IMG/VR virus record: IMGVR_UViG_2895427314_000003
Coordinates: 24,745 to 88,744 of that record
DNA: 64,000 nt
Reading direction: 5' to 3' (one strand)
Origin: a virus
Lineage: Duplodnaviria > Caudoviricetes
Part shown: in pieces, positions 63,777-64,000 of the stretch
How positions within the stretch are numbered: position 1 is the first letter of the stretch
How the letters are laid out: each line of letters opens with the position of its first letter
Translations under genes and position numbers: made by a program
The notes under the pieces: model-generated
Told to the model about the DNA's origin: nothing
The model's database searches: none
The model's input: the letters and a program-made list of their open reading frames with translations, nothing else

Positions 63777-64000
63777 CGCTGTACCGCCTGACGGGAACGG
63801 AAGTCCGCGAGGGAGAACACGTTCGACAGGGGTGTGGCTGACGGGGGCGTGGCTGACGGCTGTCCGGTGGCGAGGCCGGCCACGATCAGGAGGTTGTCCG
63901 CATCCTGTACGTGGCCTCTCGACCGCCAGGCGTCGGCGGTGACCTGGACCGCTTGCAGCCTCTCCTGGGAGAGAGTGGTGTTGAACGCGGGCTGTGTCAT
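63773..64000 (-). CDS. Hypothetical protein (may extend beyond window)
   Basis: ATG at 64000, coupled to downstream gene. Confidence 0.55.
   Translation of the reverse strand: MTQPAFNTTLSQERLQAVQVTADAWRSRGHVQDADNLLIVAGLATGQPSATPPSATPLSNVFSLADFRSRQAVQR

Larger units (their letters stand above)
53243..64000 (-). mobile_element. AICE/plasmid-type transfer and spread module (FtsK, TraB-like, Spd-like, SsgA-like); continues beyond the right end
   Basis: Single leftward run of mostly translationally coupled genes with two FtsK-family ATPases and membrane proteins typical of actinomycete conjugative elements. Confidence 0.75.

Noticed and set aside
63829-63862. Short GTGGCTGACGG duplication
   Set aside because: Two copies inside a coding region (PSATPPSATP); not informative.
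1-64000. Integrase, attachment sites, replication initiator, tRNA, rRNA, CRISPR
   Set aside because: No recognisable motifs found by eye; they may lie outside the window.

Overview
High-GC (roughly 70%, by eye) DNA from a filamentous actinomycete. Bases 1 to about 49,400 are most of a temperate siphophage or prophage read left to right. About 40 small early or accessory genes (1-16.5 kb) are followed by an extra fibre-like structural module upstream of the packaging genes (16.6-20.9 kb). Next come an HNH nuclease and accessory genes, terminase, portal, head, tail (with a -1 frameshift tail chaperone), tape measure, a second paralogous fibre-like module fused into the distal tail protein, and lysis genes. 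After the lysis genes lie a strongly structured non-coding stretch and an antisense two-gene cassette (HNH-SF2 helicase fusion plus a coupled partner) that looks like an anti-phage system. From about 53.2 kb to the end, one leftward operon encodes a chromosome-type FtsK with gamma domain, a TraB-like translocase followed by clt-like repeats, Spd-like membrane proteins and an SsgA-like protein. No integrase, Rep, CRISPR array, tRNA or rRNA is recognisable. All family assignments are by-eye motif recognition, not database searches.
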